Source: Kiritimatiellia bacterium (GTDB taxonomy: Bacteria; Verrucomicrobiota; Kiritimatiellia; RFP12; UBA1067). From it: a stretch of 64,000 nucleotides of DNA. How positions within the stretch are numbered: the stretch's first letter is position 1; each line of letters begins with the position of its first letter. Positions 32,166 through 40,929 of this stretch are shown here, in pieces. The stretch lies in NCBI GenBank assembly GCA_028686345.1, contig JAQUCE010000012.1, positions 886 through 64,885 on the forward strand, given 5' to 3'. Position numbers and translations under genes: made by a program. Under the pieces are notes generated by a model. It was not told the origin of the DNA, did no database searches, and saw only the letters and a program-made list of their open reading frames with translations.

Positions 32166-33374
32166 ATGCGTTCGATTGTCGAACAAATGCGTGATATGTC
32201 AAAGAGAGGAGGAAGTGGCAACATGGTTCCAGTGAGAAAGCACACCCAACTTGCGCCAGTGAATCGCTTTGACAAAAAGGAGATCGACCGTCAGGTCGCG
32301 CGCGTCGCCAAAACTCCGTTGCTGTGCAATCAGCTTGATATGATACCCGATGCAATCATGATTCTCAATGAAAAGCATCAGATAGTTTTTGCCAACCGTG
32401 CGGCTGCATCTCTGCTAAACGTTCTCAAACACAGCGATCTTTATGGGATGCGTCCCGGTGAAGCCTTGGGCTGTGTTCACGCGAATGAATCTGAACACGG
32501 CTGCGGAACCACAATGTTCTGCCGTACCTGCGGGGCAGTTAAATCAATCCTCACCGCTTTTCAGGGCACTCGCTCTGTTGAAGAGTGCCACGTCAAAGCC
32601 AACCATAGACACCTGTCTTATGATTTTCGTGTAACAACATCACCGTACTTCTTTGACGATGAACATTTTGTCATGCTTGTGCTGAACGACATCAGCAATG
32701 AAAAACGGCGGGAGGTGCTTGAGAGAACTTTTTTTCACGATGTCAATAACACGCTTCAAGTTTTATTGTCAACCGCCGAGATCATGCCGCCGCACGCCAC
32801 GACCCATGAAAACGAGCTGGCACAAGTAATCAACACCGGCATAAGGATGCTCGCCAATGAAGTCAAATCGCAACAAAGCTTATTGCTTGCGGAAGATGGC
32901 GGCCTCGCGCTGGAGTTACAGCAGCTTGGCTCAAAGAAAACACTGAGCGAGATTATTTCTCTCTACAGCCACTACGATTGCGCTCAGAAAAAGAAAATTG
33001 AGATTGATGACCAGACCGTTGATGCCGTGTTTATCAGCGATAAAATCCAGTTTTCGCGCGTAATTGGCAATATGCTCAAAAACGCGATGGAAGCGTCGTC
33101 GCACCCGAACATAGTGACTGTCGGATGCAAAAAACCCAGTGACGGGCAGATCCTTTTCTGGGTTCACAACGAGCAGCACATGGCTCAAAAAATCAAGGAT
33201 CAAGTTTTCAACCGCTCTTTTTCAACTAAAGGCACCGGGCGAGGTGTTGGCACATACAGTATTAAATTGCTTGGTGAAGTTTACCTCGGCGGCAAAGTCA
33301 GTTTCACCTCAACACCGGAGGCAGGAACAACCTTCTTCATTGAACTGCCGGTAGCCGGCCCACCCAGAGCATAA
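32166..33374 (+). CDS. sensor histidine kinase (cytoplasmic, PAS-like sensor with Cys cluster)
   Basis: 402 aa. H-box FFHDVNNTLQVL, N-box NMLKNAMEAS, G-box TKGTGRGVGTYSIKLL. The sensor region carries C-x10-C-x6-C-x2-C (GCVHANESEHGCGTTMFCRTCG). No response regulator is adjacent. Confidence 0.85.
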   Translation: MRSIVEQMRDMSKRGGSGNMVPVRKHTQLAPVNRFDKKEIDRQVARVAKTPLLCNQLDMIPDAIMILNEKHQIVFANRAAASLLNVLKHSDLYGMRPGEALGCVHANESEHGCGTTMFCRTCGAVKSILTAFQGTRSVEECHVKANHRHLSYDFRVTTSPYFFDDEHFVMLVLNDISNEKRREVLERTFFHDVNNTLQVLLSTAEIMPPHATTHENELAQVINTGIRMLANEVKSQQSLLLAEDGGLALELQQLGSKKTLSEIISLYSHYDCAQKKKIEIDDQTVDAVFISDKIQFSRVIGNMLKNAMEASSHPNIVTVGCKKPSDGQILFWVHNEQHMAQKIKDQVFNRSFSTKGTGRGVGTYSIKLLGEVYLGGKVSFTSTPEAGTTFFIELPVAGPPRA

Positions 33375-33385
33375 CAAAGATGAGA

Positions 33386-36238
33386 TTACATCTCAAGCTC
33401 ACAGCTTGAATGAAGCACCTCTTTCAAAAATTGTCCGGTGTACGATTTTTTGGAGCGCGCAATTTTCTCCGGCGGGCCAAAGGCCACCACTCGCCCACCC
33501 TCGTCACCGCCACCAGGGCCAAGGTCGATGATATAATCCGCACTCTTAATAACATCCAGATTGTGCTCAATCACAACCACGGTGTTACCAGACTCCCGCA
33601 GCTTGAGTAGCAGGTCGAGCAGTTTGTGCACATCGGCAAAGTGCAGACCAGTGGTCGGCTCATCCAGCAGATAGAGGGTCTTGCCGGTGGCCCGCTTGGA
33701 GAGCTCGGAGGCCAGTTTAATCCGCTGCGCCTCTCCGCCCGAGAGCGTGGTGGAACTCTGCCCCAGCTGTACATACCCTAGACCCACCTCCACCAGGGTC
33801 TTGAGCTTGCGGTGAATGACCGGGATGGGCTGAAAGAACTCGCAGGCCTCATCAACTGTCATGGCCAGCACCTCGGCAATGTTCTTGCCGCCGTAACGCA
33901 CCTCCAGGGTCTCTTTGTTATAGCGCTGGCCACCGCACTGCTCACAGGTCACATACACATCCGGCAAAAAGTGCATCTCCAGACGCCGTAGCCCATCCCC
34001 TTTACAAACCTCACAGCGCCCCCCTTTCACGTTAAAGCTGAACCGCCCCAGGTTATACCCGCGTATTTTAGAGGCAGGTGTCTCGGAGAATAATTTTCGG
34101 ATTGGACTGAACGCGCCGGTGTAGGTCACAGGATTACTGCGCGGTGTGCGGCCAATCGGACTCTGGTCGATCTCAATCACTTTATCGAGAAACTCAACCC
34201 CCTCAATCTTTTTAAAGGCTCCCGGACGCTCGGTTGACTTATAAATCACCTTGAAAAGCTGCCGTTTTAAAATATCGCTGATCAGGGTGGATTTGCCGGA
34301 GCCAGAGACACCGGTCACGCAGACAAAACATCCCAGCGGGATCTTCACATCAATGTTTCTAAGATTGTTTTCCGAGGCACCTGTCACGCTCAGCCACTGC
34401 TCGTTAGGGACGACCCGCTCGCCCGGTATTGCAATCGACTTGCGGCGGGTCAAGTACGCCGCGGTCTCGGAGCGTACACATTTCAACAGCCCCTTGTACG
34501 CCCCCTGATAGACCACCTCGCCGCCCTCACGCCCAGCCCCTGGCCCAAGGTCAACAATGTAATCAGCGGTCTCGATCATCCGCTCATCATGCTCCACCAC
34601 CACCACGGTGTTACCGCGCTTCTGCAGGTGATGCAGCATGTCGATCAACCGCTCGTTGTCACGCGGATGCAATCCAATGGTCGGTTCATCCAGTACGTAC
34701 AACACCCCTACCAGCCCTGAGCCAATCTGCGTGGCAAGCCGGATGCGCTGCATCTCGCCACCGGAGAGGGTCGAGCTCTCACGCGCCAGCGAGATGTAAT
34801 CCAACCCAACATCTGAGAGAAAGCTGAGCCGCCGCCGGATCTCTTTCAAGACCTCAACCACCATCGTCTCTTCAGCAGCACTCAGTTTAATATCCTCAAA
34901 AAACGCGCGGCACTCCTTGATACTCAGATCCATGACCTCAACAATATTGCGCCCAGCCACTGTGCAGGCCAGCGACTCCTTGCGCAACCGTTTGCCGCGG
35001 CAGCCGGGACACTGCAGCGAGCTCATGAATTTGCGCAGTTTTTCGCGCACTGCATCAATCTCGCTCTCCACATAGCGGCGCTGCATGCTCGGCAACACCC
35101 CTTCAAATGGCTTGTCAGATTTGTGCCACTTGCCACGCATCCAGAGGCGCAAAGGCACCGGCTCATCACCGGAGCCATGCAGCAGAATGTCGCGAAAGCT
35201 CTGCGGCAGCTCCTCAAACGGGGTTTCCATATCGATTTCATACACAGCGGCAACTGCTTTTAAAAGCTTCTTGTAATAAACCACCATGCGATAGCCACCC
35301 CTGCGCCAAGGCATTACAGCACCCTCCTCGAGCGAAAGATGTTTGTCCGGCACCACCAGATCCTCATCAAAGACCAGCTGTGATCCCAAGCCATGACAGA
35401 GCGGGCAGGCACCGTAAGGGCTGTTAAATGAAAATGCGCGCGGCTTCAGCTCCTCAAAGCTCAAGGAGCAAGGGGCGCAGGCGTTCTTCTCAGAGAACAG
35501 AACCTCCTTCTCGCGTTTTTCTGGGTCAATCTGCAGCACACGGATAATGCCGCTGCCCTGCTTTAAAGCCAACTCGATCGAGTCGGTCAGACGGCCCCGG
35601 ATGTCTGCCCGTACTGTCAGCCGGTCGACCACGGCCTCAATCACATGCGCCCTGTTACGGTCCAACGCCGGCACATCCTCAACAGCCATGACCTCGCCGT
35701 TGACACGTACACGCACAAAGCCCTGCTTACGCACAGCGGCAAAGACCTCCTCATGCCGCCCTTTACGACCGCGCACCAAAGGGGCGAAGATAATCAGCTT
35801 GGTCTGCTCCGGCAGTGCCATCAGCGCATCCACGATCTGCTCCGCGCTCTGCTTGGCAACTGGCTGACCGCACTCAGGGCAGTGTGCTTTGCCGATGTTG
35901 CCGTAGAGCAGACGCAGATAGTCATGGATCTCGGTCACAGTGGCCACAATTGAACGGGGATTGCCGCCCGAGGTGCGTTGTTCAATCGCGATTGCGGGCG
36001 AGAGCCCCTCAATGTGCTTCACATCCGGCTTCTGCATCTGATCCAGGAATTGGCGCGCATAGGCCGAGAGGCTCTCAACATAGCGGCGCTGCCCTTCGGC
36101 GTAGAGGGTATCAAAGGCCAGTGAAGACTTGCCCGAGCCGCTCAGCCCGGTGATCACAGTCAGGGAGTTGCGCGGAATGCGTACGTCGATATTTTTCAAG
36201 TTGTGCTGACAAGCACCGGTTATAATTATGTCGGTCAT
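33386..36238 (-). CDS. uvrA: excinuclease ABC subunit A
   Basis: 950 aa. Starts [59 protein letters not shown]. Has two ABC modules and zinc-finger cysteines. Confidence 0.97.
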   Translation of the reverse strand: MTDIIITGACQHNLKNIDVRIPRNSLTVITGLSGSGKSSLAFDTLYAEGQRRYVESLSAYARQFLDQMQKPDVKHIEGLSPAIAIEQRTSGGNPRSIVATVTEIHDYLRLLYGNIGKAHCPECGQPVAKQSAEQIVDALMALPEQTKLIIFAPLVRGRKGRHEEVFAAVRKQGFVRVRVNGEVMAVEDVPALDRNRAHVIEAVVDRLTVRADIRGRLTDSIELALKQGSGIIRVLQIDPEKREKEVLFSEKNACAPCSLSFEELKPRAFSFNSPYGACPLCHGLGSQLVFDEDLVVPDKHLSLEEGAVMPWRRGGYRMVVYYKKLLKAVAAVYEIDMETPFEELPQSFRDILLHGSGDEPVPLRLWMRGKWHKSDKPFEGVLPSMQRRYVESEIDAVREKLRKFMSSLQCPGCRGKRLRKESLACTVAGRNIVEVMDLSIKECRAFFEDIKLSAAEETMVVEVLKEIRRRLSFLSDVGLDYISLARESSTLSGGEMQRIRLATQIGSGLVGVLYVLDEPTIGLHPRDNERLIDMLHHLQKRGNTVVVVEHDERMIETADYIVDLGPGAGREGGEVVYQGAYKGLLKCVRSETAAYLTRRKSIAIPGERVVPNEQWLSVTGASENNLRNIDVKIPLGCFVCVTGVSGSGKSTLISDILKRQLFKVIYKSTERPGAFKKIEGVEFLDKVIEIDQSPIGRTPRSNPVTYTGAFSPIRKLFSETPASKIRGYNLGRFSFNVKGGRCEVCKGDGLRRLEMHFLPDVYVTCEQCGGQRYNKETLEVRYGGKNIAEVLAMTVDEACEFFQPIPVIHRKLKTLVEVGLGYVQLGQSSTTLSGGEAQRIKLASELSKRATGKTLYLLDEPTTGLHFADVHKLLDLLLKLRESGNTVVVIEHNLDVIKSADYIIDLGPGGGDEGGRVVAFGPPEKIARSKKSYTGQFLKEVLHSSCELEM

Positions 36239-36240
36239 AG

Positions 36241-36320
36241 GTTAGGGGTTAGGGGCCAGGGGTTAGGGAGCTGGAGAGGTTAAGGGCTAGGGTTAGTGTT
36301 TAGGGATTAGGGGTTGGGGT
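36241..36320 (+). repeat. TTAGGG-like degenerate G-run array (G-quadruplex-capable)
   Basis: GTTAGGGGTTAGGGGCCAGGGGTTAGGGAG...GGTTAAGGGCTAGGGTTAGTGTTTAGGGATTAGGGGTTGGGG lies between the uvrA start and the dsbD-like stop. Confidence 0.85.
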
Positions 36321-36363
36321 CGAGAGAATCGAGATAATCGAAGGGGTCGAGGTAATCAAAGGG

Positions 36364-36395
36364 GTCGATTCAGTCGATTCAGTCGATTCAGTCGA
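36364..36395 (+). repeat. 9-bp tandem repeat (GTCGATTCA)x3.5
   Basis: GTCGATTCAGTCGATTCAGTCGATTCAGTCGA, preceded by degenerate GGGGTCGAG/ATCGA units. Confidence 0.9.
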
Positions 36396-36433
36396 ACCCT
36401 TCGAAAAACCTTATAGTATCAATTGTTTTCCCC

Positions 36434-38041
36434 TCACTTTTCATTCTTCAAGATCGCAAAACCTGGCAGGCCGCGCACGCCAAATGCGGCGAGCATCTCT
36501 TTGGCCGGGCTTTTGTCAGGGGTCTCGGCCTGGACCTTGACCACAACATAGTTTTGCAGCCGTTTCACAACCTCCTCATCCTTGAAGGTTTTCTGCTCCA
36601 TGACTGAGCAGTTTTTGCACCAGGTGGCCCAGAAATCAAGGAAAATCGGCTTACCCGCAGATCTGGCCTCGTCCAGTTTCGCAGCCCATGCAATCTGGTC
36701 GCCGGCAAGGATCGAGCCTTCCCGGGCCTCACTGCCGCGCAAAAAGCCGCTCCCCGCAACATAGAGGTAGTAGCCTGCCAAGATCAGCAGGAAAACGCCG
36801 AAAAACTGCTTGACCCGCACCATCCACATGCCAGGTCCGGGCAGCACGGAGAGCCCGGCACCGGCAAAGGGCCAGGGTAAGGCCATGCCTGCGCCAAGCA
36901 CAAATGGCAGAAACTGCGCGCTGACAACACCCTTGCCATAGAGATTGCCAGCCAGCAGCAGCACCGCAAGAACCACTGGCGCCACGCAGGCGCCGGCCAG
37001 CAGCGCGGAGAGCGCCCCTGCGCCAAAGGCGGCGGCAATCCCCTTCCTCTGTCCCTCGCCTGCCTTGGGTGTGATTAAGGCTGCAAAATCAATGATAAAC
37101 AGATCAAAGAGGGCCAGTGACAGCAGAACAAAAACAACTCCGATCACAAGATTAAACCAGGGCGAACTTTGAATTGCGCCAAAGAAAATACCGCTCCTGA
37201 GGATCACCCAGCCCAAGCCGCCATAAACCGTCACAATCCCCAGCCCGTAGGCTGAGCCCAGTGTGAACCCCTTGGTGCGCGTTCCAGCACCGGCACCGAT
37301 GATCGCCAGATTAATCGGAATCATCGGCAATACACAGGGTGTCATGTTGAGCAGTAAGCCGCCCAGCAAGACCAGAATCAGGGTCAGCACCATTCCATGT
37401 TTCTGCAGGAAAGAGACCGGATCATTCAGAAAGCCTTTAAATCCGGCGGTTTCGGCCGGCTCCCGTCCCTCAACCTTATCCAGGAACGCAAGAAAATCAG
37501 CGGCCGACATATAACCGCCTGCGGTCTCCAACTGCATCCCGCTGGTCCAGGGGTTAACGGCTGTTGCAACCTCTGCAATCTCTGCCGGCTGCTCGCCGGC
37601 ATCATGTTTTTCAAACTTACCCTGGCTGAAACGGAACTGGTGCGACTCCGGCATGAAGCAGGTCGCCTTGTCGCACCCCTGATAGTCAACAGTCACAACC
37701 GCACCTTCGCCCGCTGGGGAGAGTTTATAGGTGGCCTCCATAGAGTGCGCAAAAACCTTTACAATGGTGTCAGGATCCAGCAAATCCGGTTTTTCCTCAA
37801 TCTTAGGCGCTTTGACCAGCTCCAGCTTAAAACCTTCCGCCGCCTTCACAGAGAAACTCTCATAGTAAATCATATGCTCAGCCGGAATATCCAGCTGCAC
37901 CGAGAGCTCAACTCCATCAACAGTTTTCTCGCCCGCCACCAGGCGCACACCAAAGGGAGATCGGCCAAACTGGGCCAAAACTGAAAAGCCGGCCAATGCC
38001 ATCAATAAAAAAATTGTTAAACGTTTCATATACATCTCCAT
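36434..38041 (-). CDS. DsbD-like thiol:disulfide interchange protein (CcdA/DsbD membrane core + C-terminal thioredoxin)
   Basis: 535 aa with a signal peptide. Membrane core has TPCVLPMIP. The C-terminal thioredoxin fold has FWATWCKNC. The start may be the ATG at 38029 (MKRLTIF). Confidence 0.85.
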   Translation of the reverse strand: MEMYMKRLTIFLLMALAGFSVLAQFGRSPFGVRLVAGEKTVDGVELSVQLDIPAEHMIYYESFSVKAAEGFKLELVKAPKIEEKPDLLDPDTIVKVFAHSMEATYKLSPAGEGAVVTVDYQGCDKATCFMPESHQFRFSQGKFEKHDAGEQPAEIAEVATAVNPWTSGMQLETAGGYMSAADFLAFLDKVEGREPAETAGFKGFLNDPVSFLQKHGMVLTLILVLLGGLLLNMTPCVLPMIPINLAIIGAGAGTRTKGFTLGSAYGLGIVTVYGGLGWVILRSGIFFGAIQSSPWFNLVIGVVFVLLSLALFDLFIIDFAALITPKAGEGQRKGIAAAFGAGALSALLAGACVAPVVLAVLLLAGNLYGKGVVSAQFLPFVLGAGMALPWPFAGAGLSVLPGPGMWMVRVKQFFGVFLLILAGYYLYVAGSGFLRGSEAREGSILAGDQIAWAAKLDEARSAGKPIFLDFWATWCKNCSVMEQKTFKDEEVVKRLQNYVVVKVQAETPDKSPAKEMLAAFGVRGLPGFAILKNEK

Positions 38042-38049
38042 AATTGTTC

Positions 38050-38136
38050 GGGGTCGGGGTCGCTATCGGTATCGAAAAGCGAGAGAGATCGACTTGGCGA
38101 CTCCACGACTTGGCGACTTCCGATTTATATGCTGCC
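38050..38136 (+). repeat. GGTCGGGG / CGACTTCCGATTT module (longer copy)
   Basis: GGGGTCGGGGTCGCTATCGGTATCGAAAAGCGAGAGAGATCGACTTGGCGACTCCACGACTTGGCGACTTCCGATTTATATGCTGCC lies directly upstream of the dsbD-like start. Confidence 0.8.
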
Positions 38137-38235
38137 ACACTTCAGCCTCTTTAACCCGTTCCTTTAAAAGGTACAATATTAACACAGTGCAGGCAATTAC
38201 AGCAAGATCGGGAATTAAAGTTCAGTAAAGGTTCG

Positions 38236-38282
38236 TCTTGCGCTACTCCATTATCACTTTTAGGATCACGTCTCAATAACCA
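38236..38282 (+). repeat. H2 module, tail fragment with CGTCTCAATAA extension
   Basis: CTTGCGCTACTCCATTATCACTTTTAGGATCACGTCTCAATAACC. Confidence 0.75.
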
Positions 38283-38302
38283 GCCACAGAGCAGCCTTCC
38301 GT

Positions 38303-38474
38303 CTTCAGGCTTCGCAATAGCTACGCCCGGACAAGTCGCACTTCGCAGCTACGCCGGACACGGAAAGGCTGAACAACACACCTTACATGGCAGTTGTTTG
38401 TTGTTCACGCTTCCCTGTCACCGTGTAAAAGCAAAGCTCGACTTGTCCGGGCGTAGCTATTGCGAAGCCTGAAG
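38303..38474. repeat. 36-bp perfect inverted repeat pair enclosing ~100 bp
   Basis: CTTCAGGCTTCGCAATAGCTACGCCCGGACAAGTCG (38303-38338) against CGACTTGTCCGGGCGTAGCTATTGCGAAGCCTGAAG (38439-38474). Confidence 0.9.
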
Positions 38475-38510
38475 CCGGAAGCGTGCTCTTTGCTCTATGT
38501 TTGGTTTTTG

Positions 38511-38622
38511 AGAGGTCAGCCGCATAGCGAGTGACCTCCTTCCGCGCTTGCTCCATTTGGCCAGATGCGGAGGGGGAGGTCGTCCGCTATGCGGGCGAGC
38601 GCGAATGATCAGCAGGGTACGC
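38511..38622. repeat. two CGCATAGCG-core hairpins in opposite orientation
   Basis: GAGGTCAGCCGCATAGCGAGTGACCTCC and GGAGGTCGTCCGCTATGCGGGCGAGC + AATGATCAGCAGGGTACGC. Confidence 0.85.
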
Positions 38623-38628
38623 AAAAAC

Positions 38629-39070
38629 GTAGCTCCGATTTCCAATCGGATATGGCGGTTTTAAAAACGGAGCTACTGAGGTCGGACACGTCTCCGGTGA
38701 CGATAGCGGCGACGATGCTGGTTGACGATTTTCAAGGGCGGGGTTTTCAATCGTCCGCCAACATCGTCGCACAGCATCGTCAACCGATGCCGCTCTACGA
38801 GCGGCATACTGCTGCAGGCATATGAAAGGCGCGCCCCGGGGTGTAGTAGCCGCTCTGCGAGCGGCATACTGCAGCAGGTTCGTGAAAGGCGCACCCCGGG
38901 GTGTAGGGTTGCTTCCAGCATGTCCGCCGTAGCCTTGGCGAAGGAGGATGAAGCAATTAGCGGACACCGGGCGATTGTTCGCCAAAGGCGCGCCATGGGA
39001 TTTTATTATCTTTGTTTGGCTCATCCGTCTTCGTCCCGCAAGCGGAACTACGCCGGACAAGTTCCGCCAA
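38629..39070 (+). repeat. Composite B, copy B3 (longest; duplicated GTAGTAG-hairpin unit)
   Basis: Order of modules: GTAGCTCCG...CGGAGCTAC; the GACGATG/CATCGTC block; GCCGCTCTACGAGCGGCATACTGCTGCAGG; GAAAGGCGCGCCCCGGGGTGTAGTAGCCGCTCTGCGAGCGGC; GTTGCTTC...GAAGCAAT; then a tail of about 120 bp. Co-linear with the reverse complement of 51473-51807. Confidence 0.85.
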
Positions 39071-39104
39071 CCTGCACATTTCAACTTTAATGAAATCTGC
39101 AAGT

Positions 39105-39174
39105 CGCAATAAAGCCCGATAGGCAACTTTTTGCAAAGAACAATTACTTGTTTTTTCTAGTTGCCTAAGCGACG
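39105..39174 (-). repeat. L module, 10 nt from the fprA-family stop
   Basis: CGCAATAAAGCCCGATAGGCAACTTTTTGCAAAGAACAATTACTTGTTTTTTCTAGTTGCCTAAGCGACG. The palindrome has one mismatch (39139-39152). Confidence 0.85.
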
Positions 39175-39183
39175 AGACCACAC

Positions 39184-40368
39184 TCACTCCGCCTGCAGCG
39201 CAACCCGCGCCAGAGCGCGGCCAGCCTCGCGGCACTCAGCCAGGGTGGCAGCATCGGCGCTAAACTGACATGCAATCGGATCGCAGACAAACTCCATGCC
39301 CATGGCCTGCATATAACCGGCAACTTCCTCACTGCCCTTGGCCGCCCAGCCATAAGAGCCAAAGGCAACGCCGGTTTTGCCCTTGGGTTTGAGGCCGCGC
39401 AGGTAGGTCAAGGCGCTGGCCATGCGCGGCATAATCCCCATATTCAAGGTCGGTGAACCAAAAGCCACTGCCGCGGCATCCATGATATCTGTCACAAAGG
39501 TGGTGTTGTTATTGTCCGCCATATCCAGCAGGTGAACATTGACATCATACTCTTCAGCACCTTCGGCGATCGCTTTGGCCATGTTGCGGGTGGAATTCCA
39601 CATGCTGGTGAAAGCGATCACAACCTTTTTTACCGGCTTGCTCACACGCCATCCCTGATAGGCTGCCATGATCTCCGCAATGTGCGAACGCCAGATCACG
39701 CCATGACTGGGCGCAATCATCCTGATCTTCAAGCCGCCCAGCTTTTCAAGCGCCCTGCCAACCGGACGCTCAAACGGCAACACAATGTTGGCGTAATACA
39801 TCTTGGCCTCCTGCATGATCTCGGGCATATCCGCCTCATCATCAAAGCGGTAGGATGTTGCATAGTGCTGGCCAAAGGCATCCATGGAGAAGAGGATCTC
39901 TTCCTCCATATAATAGGTTACCATTGACTCAGGCCAGTGCACCATGGGAGTATCAAAGAATTGCAGGGTTTTGCTGCCAAGCGAGAGCGTGTCACCCTCT
40001 TTGACCACCAGGAACTTCCAGTCGCTGACATCAAAATGGCGCGCCAAGGCGGCCTGGCACTTTGCATTGCAGACCACGGTCGCGTTGGGACATGCTTTAA
40101 GAGCAGCGGGAAATCCGCCCGAGTGATCCGGCTCAGCGTGATTACAGATAATATAGTCAACCTTATCCAGCGGAATCTGAGCGGCAATACGCGCCAAAAA
40201 ATCATCGGCATACTGAGCTTTGACAGTGTCAATCACAGCATTTTTTTCATCTTCGATCAGATACGCATTGTAGGTCGATCCGCGCGCGGTCACATATCCG
40301 TGAAAATCCCGCACATTCCAGTCAACAAATCCCACCCAGGTAACCCCATCAGCCAATGTACTTTTCAC
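39184..40368 (-). CDS. FprA-family A-type flavoprotein (flavodiiron protein: MBL-like diiron + flavodoxin)
   Basis: 394 aa. Diiron ligands NHAEPDHSGG and a C-terminal flavodoxin-like domain (KVVIAFTSMWNSTRNMA). Confidence 0.9.
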   Translation of the reverse strand: MKSTLADGVTWVGFVDWNVRDFHGYVTARGSTYNAYLIEDEKNAVIDTVKAQYADDFLARIAAQIPLDKVDYIICNHAEPDHSGGFPAALKACPNATVVCNAKCQAALARHFDVSDWKFLVVKEGDTLSLGSKTLQFFDTPMVHWPESMVTYYMEEEILFSMDAFGQHYATSYRFDDEADMPEIMQEAKMYYANIVLPFERPVGRALEKLGGLKIRMIAPSHGVIWRSHIAEIMAAYQGWRVSKPVKKVVIAFTSMWNSTRNMAKAIAEGAEEYDVNVHLLDMADNNNTTFVTDIMDAAAVAFGSPTLNMGIMPRMASALTYLRGLKPKGKTGVAFGSYGWAAKGSEEVAGYMQAMGMEFVCDPIACQFSADAATLAECREAGRALARVALQAE

Positions 40369-40475
40369 AAAAATGTCCTCTCAGTTTTTTCAATCATTAA
40401 CCATCCATAAACAAGGTTTGAAGTATAGCGGTTTTACCCCCCGCCTTCAATTGCAATTTGACGCGCAGCAAAGAG

Positions 40476-40570
40476 CACGCTAAAGCGTGAACTACTTACC
40501 CCGGAAACCGTATGTAGTTCACGCTTTAGCGTGTTTTCTGAACAGGTGCGCGGTCATAATTAGAATTGCA
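40476..40570 (+). repeat. HP25 element: ~25-bp-arm hairpin + TTTCTGAACAGGT...AATTAGAATT tail
   Basis: CACGCTAAAGCGTGAACTACTTAC-loop-GTATGTAGTTCACGCTTTAGCGTG. Same element as 62294-62385. Confidence 0.9.
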
Positions 40571-40584
40571 GGCTGCTCCAGTGC

Positions 40585-40649
40585 GGGTTATTGAGACGTG
40601 ACCGTAAAAGTGATAATGGAGTAGTGCAAGCATCTTGCTTGCAGAAAAT
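40585..40649 (-). repeat. H2 module, partial (second hairpin + tail + extension)
   Basis: GGGTTATTGAGACGTGACCGTAAAAGTGATAATGGAGTAGTGCAAGCATCTTGCTTGCAGAAAAT. Confidence 0.85.
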
Positions 40650-40750
40650 TGTAAAAATCGTATTTTTTATCTCTCACAGAGTCACCAAGTGCGCAGAGCG
40701 AGGTCAAAAAAGCCAGCGACAAATTTTTCGGGTGCTCTGAATTCAGAGCA

Positions 40751-40805
40751 CCCGACATACGGGGTCAAATTGGTTGCACTTTAATTTTTGAAACCACAAG
40801 GAGCA
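40751..40805 (+). repeat. M module (GGTCAAATTGGTTGCACTTTAATTTTTGAAACC)
   Basis: Copies or partials occur at 9304-9337, 29993-30013 and 50595-50643 (inverted). Confidence 0.8.
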
Positions 40806-40867
40806 CATAGTTCACAAAGATTGCTGCGTTGTTTTTTAGGTTAAAAAAAGAGGTACAGGAAAATATT

Positions 40868-40929
40868 GATCTGGTCAGCCGCATAGCGACTGACCTCCTC
40901 CTGCAAGCAAGATACTTGCGCTACTTCAT
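40868..40929. repeat. CGCATAGCG hairpin + H2 fragment overlapping the permease stop codon
   Basis: TCTGGTCAGCCGCATAGCGACTGACCTCCTCCTGCAAGCAAGATACTTGCGCTACTTCAT. The permease's last codons (ATG AAG TAG on the reverse strand) lie in the H2 consensus CACTACTTCAT. Confidence 0.8.

Noticed and set aside
36241-36320. TTAGGG-like repeats considered as telomeric sequence or a linear-replicon end
   Set aside because: They sit in a 195-bp spacer between two ordinary chromosomal genes (uvrA and dsbD-like). The units are degenerate and mixed with other oligo-repeats. They are treated as an intergenic G-rich microsatellite.
38587-39126. Track ORFs lying in repeat mosaics (e.g. 38587-39126, 38673-38996, 26260-26646, 51364-51777, 8099-8335, 19143-19343, 48189-48520, 62854-63219)
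   Set aside because: Their sequences are translations of the hairpin modules in arbitrary frames. Copies of the same module are read in different frames and strands. They contain no recognisable domains.
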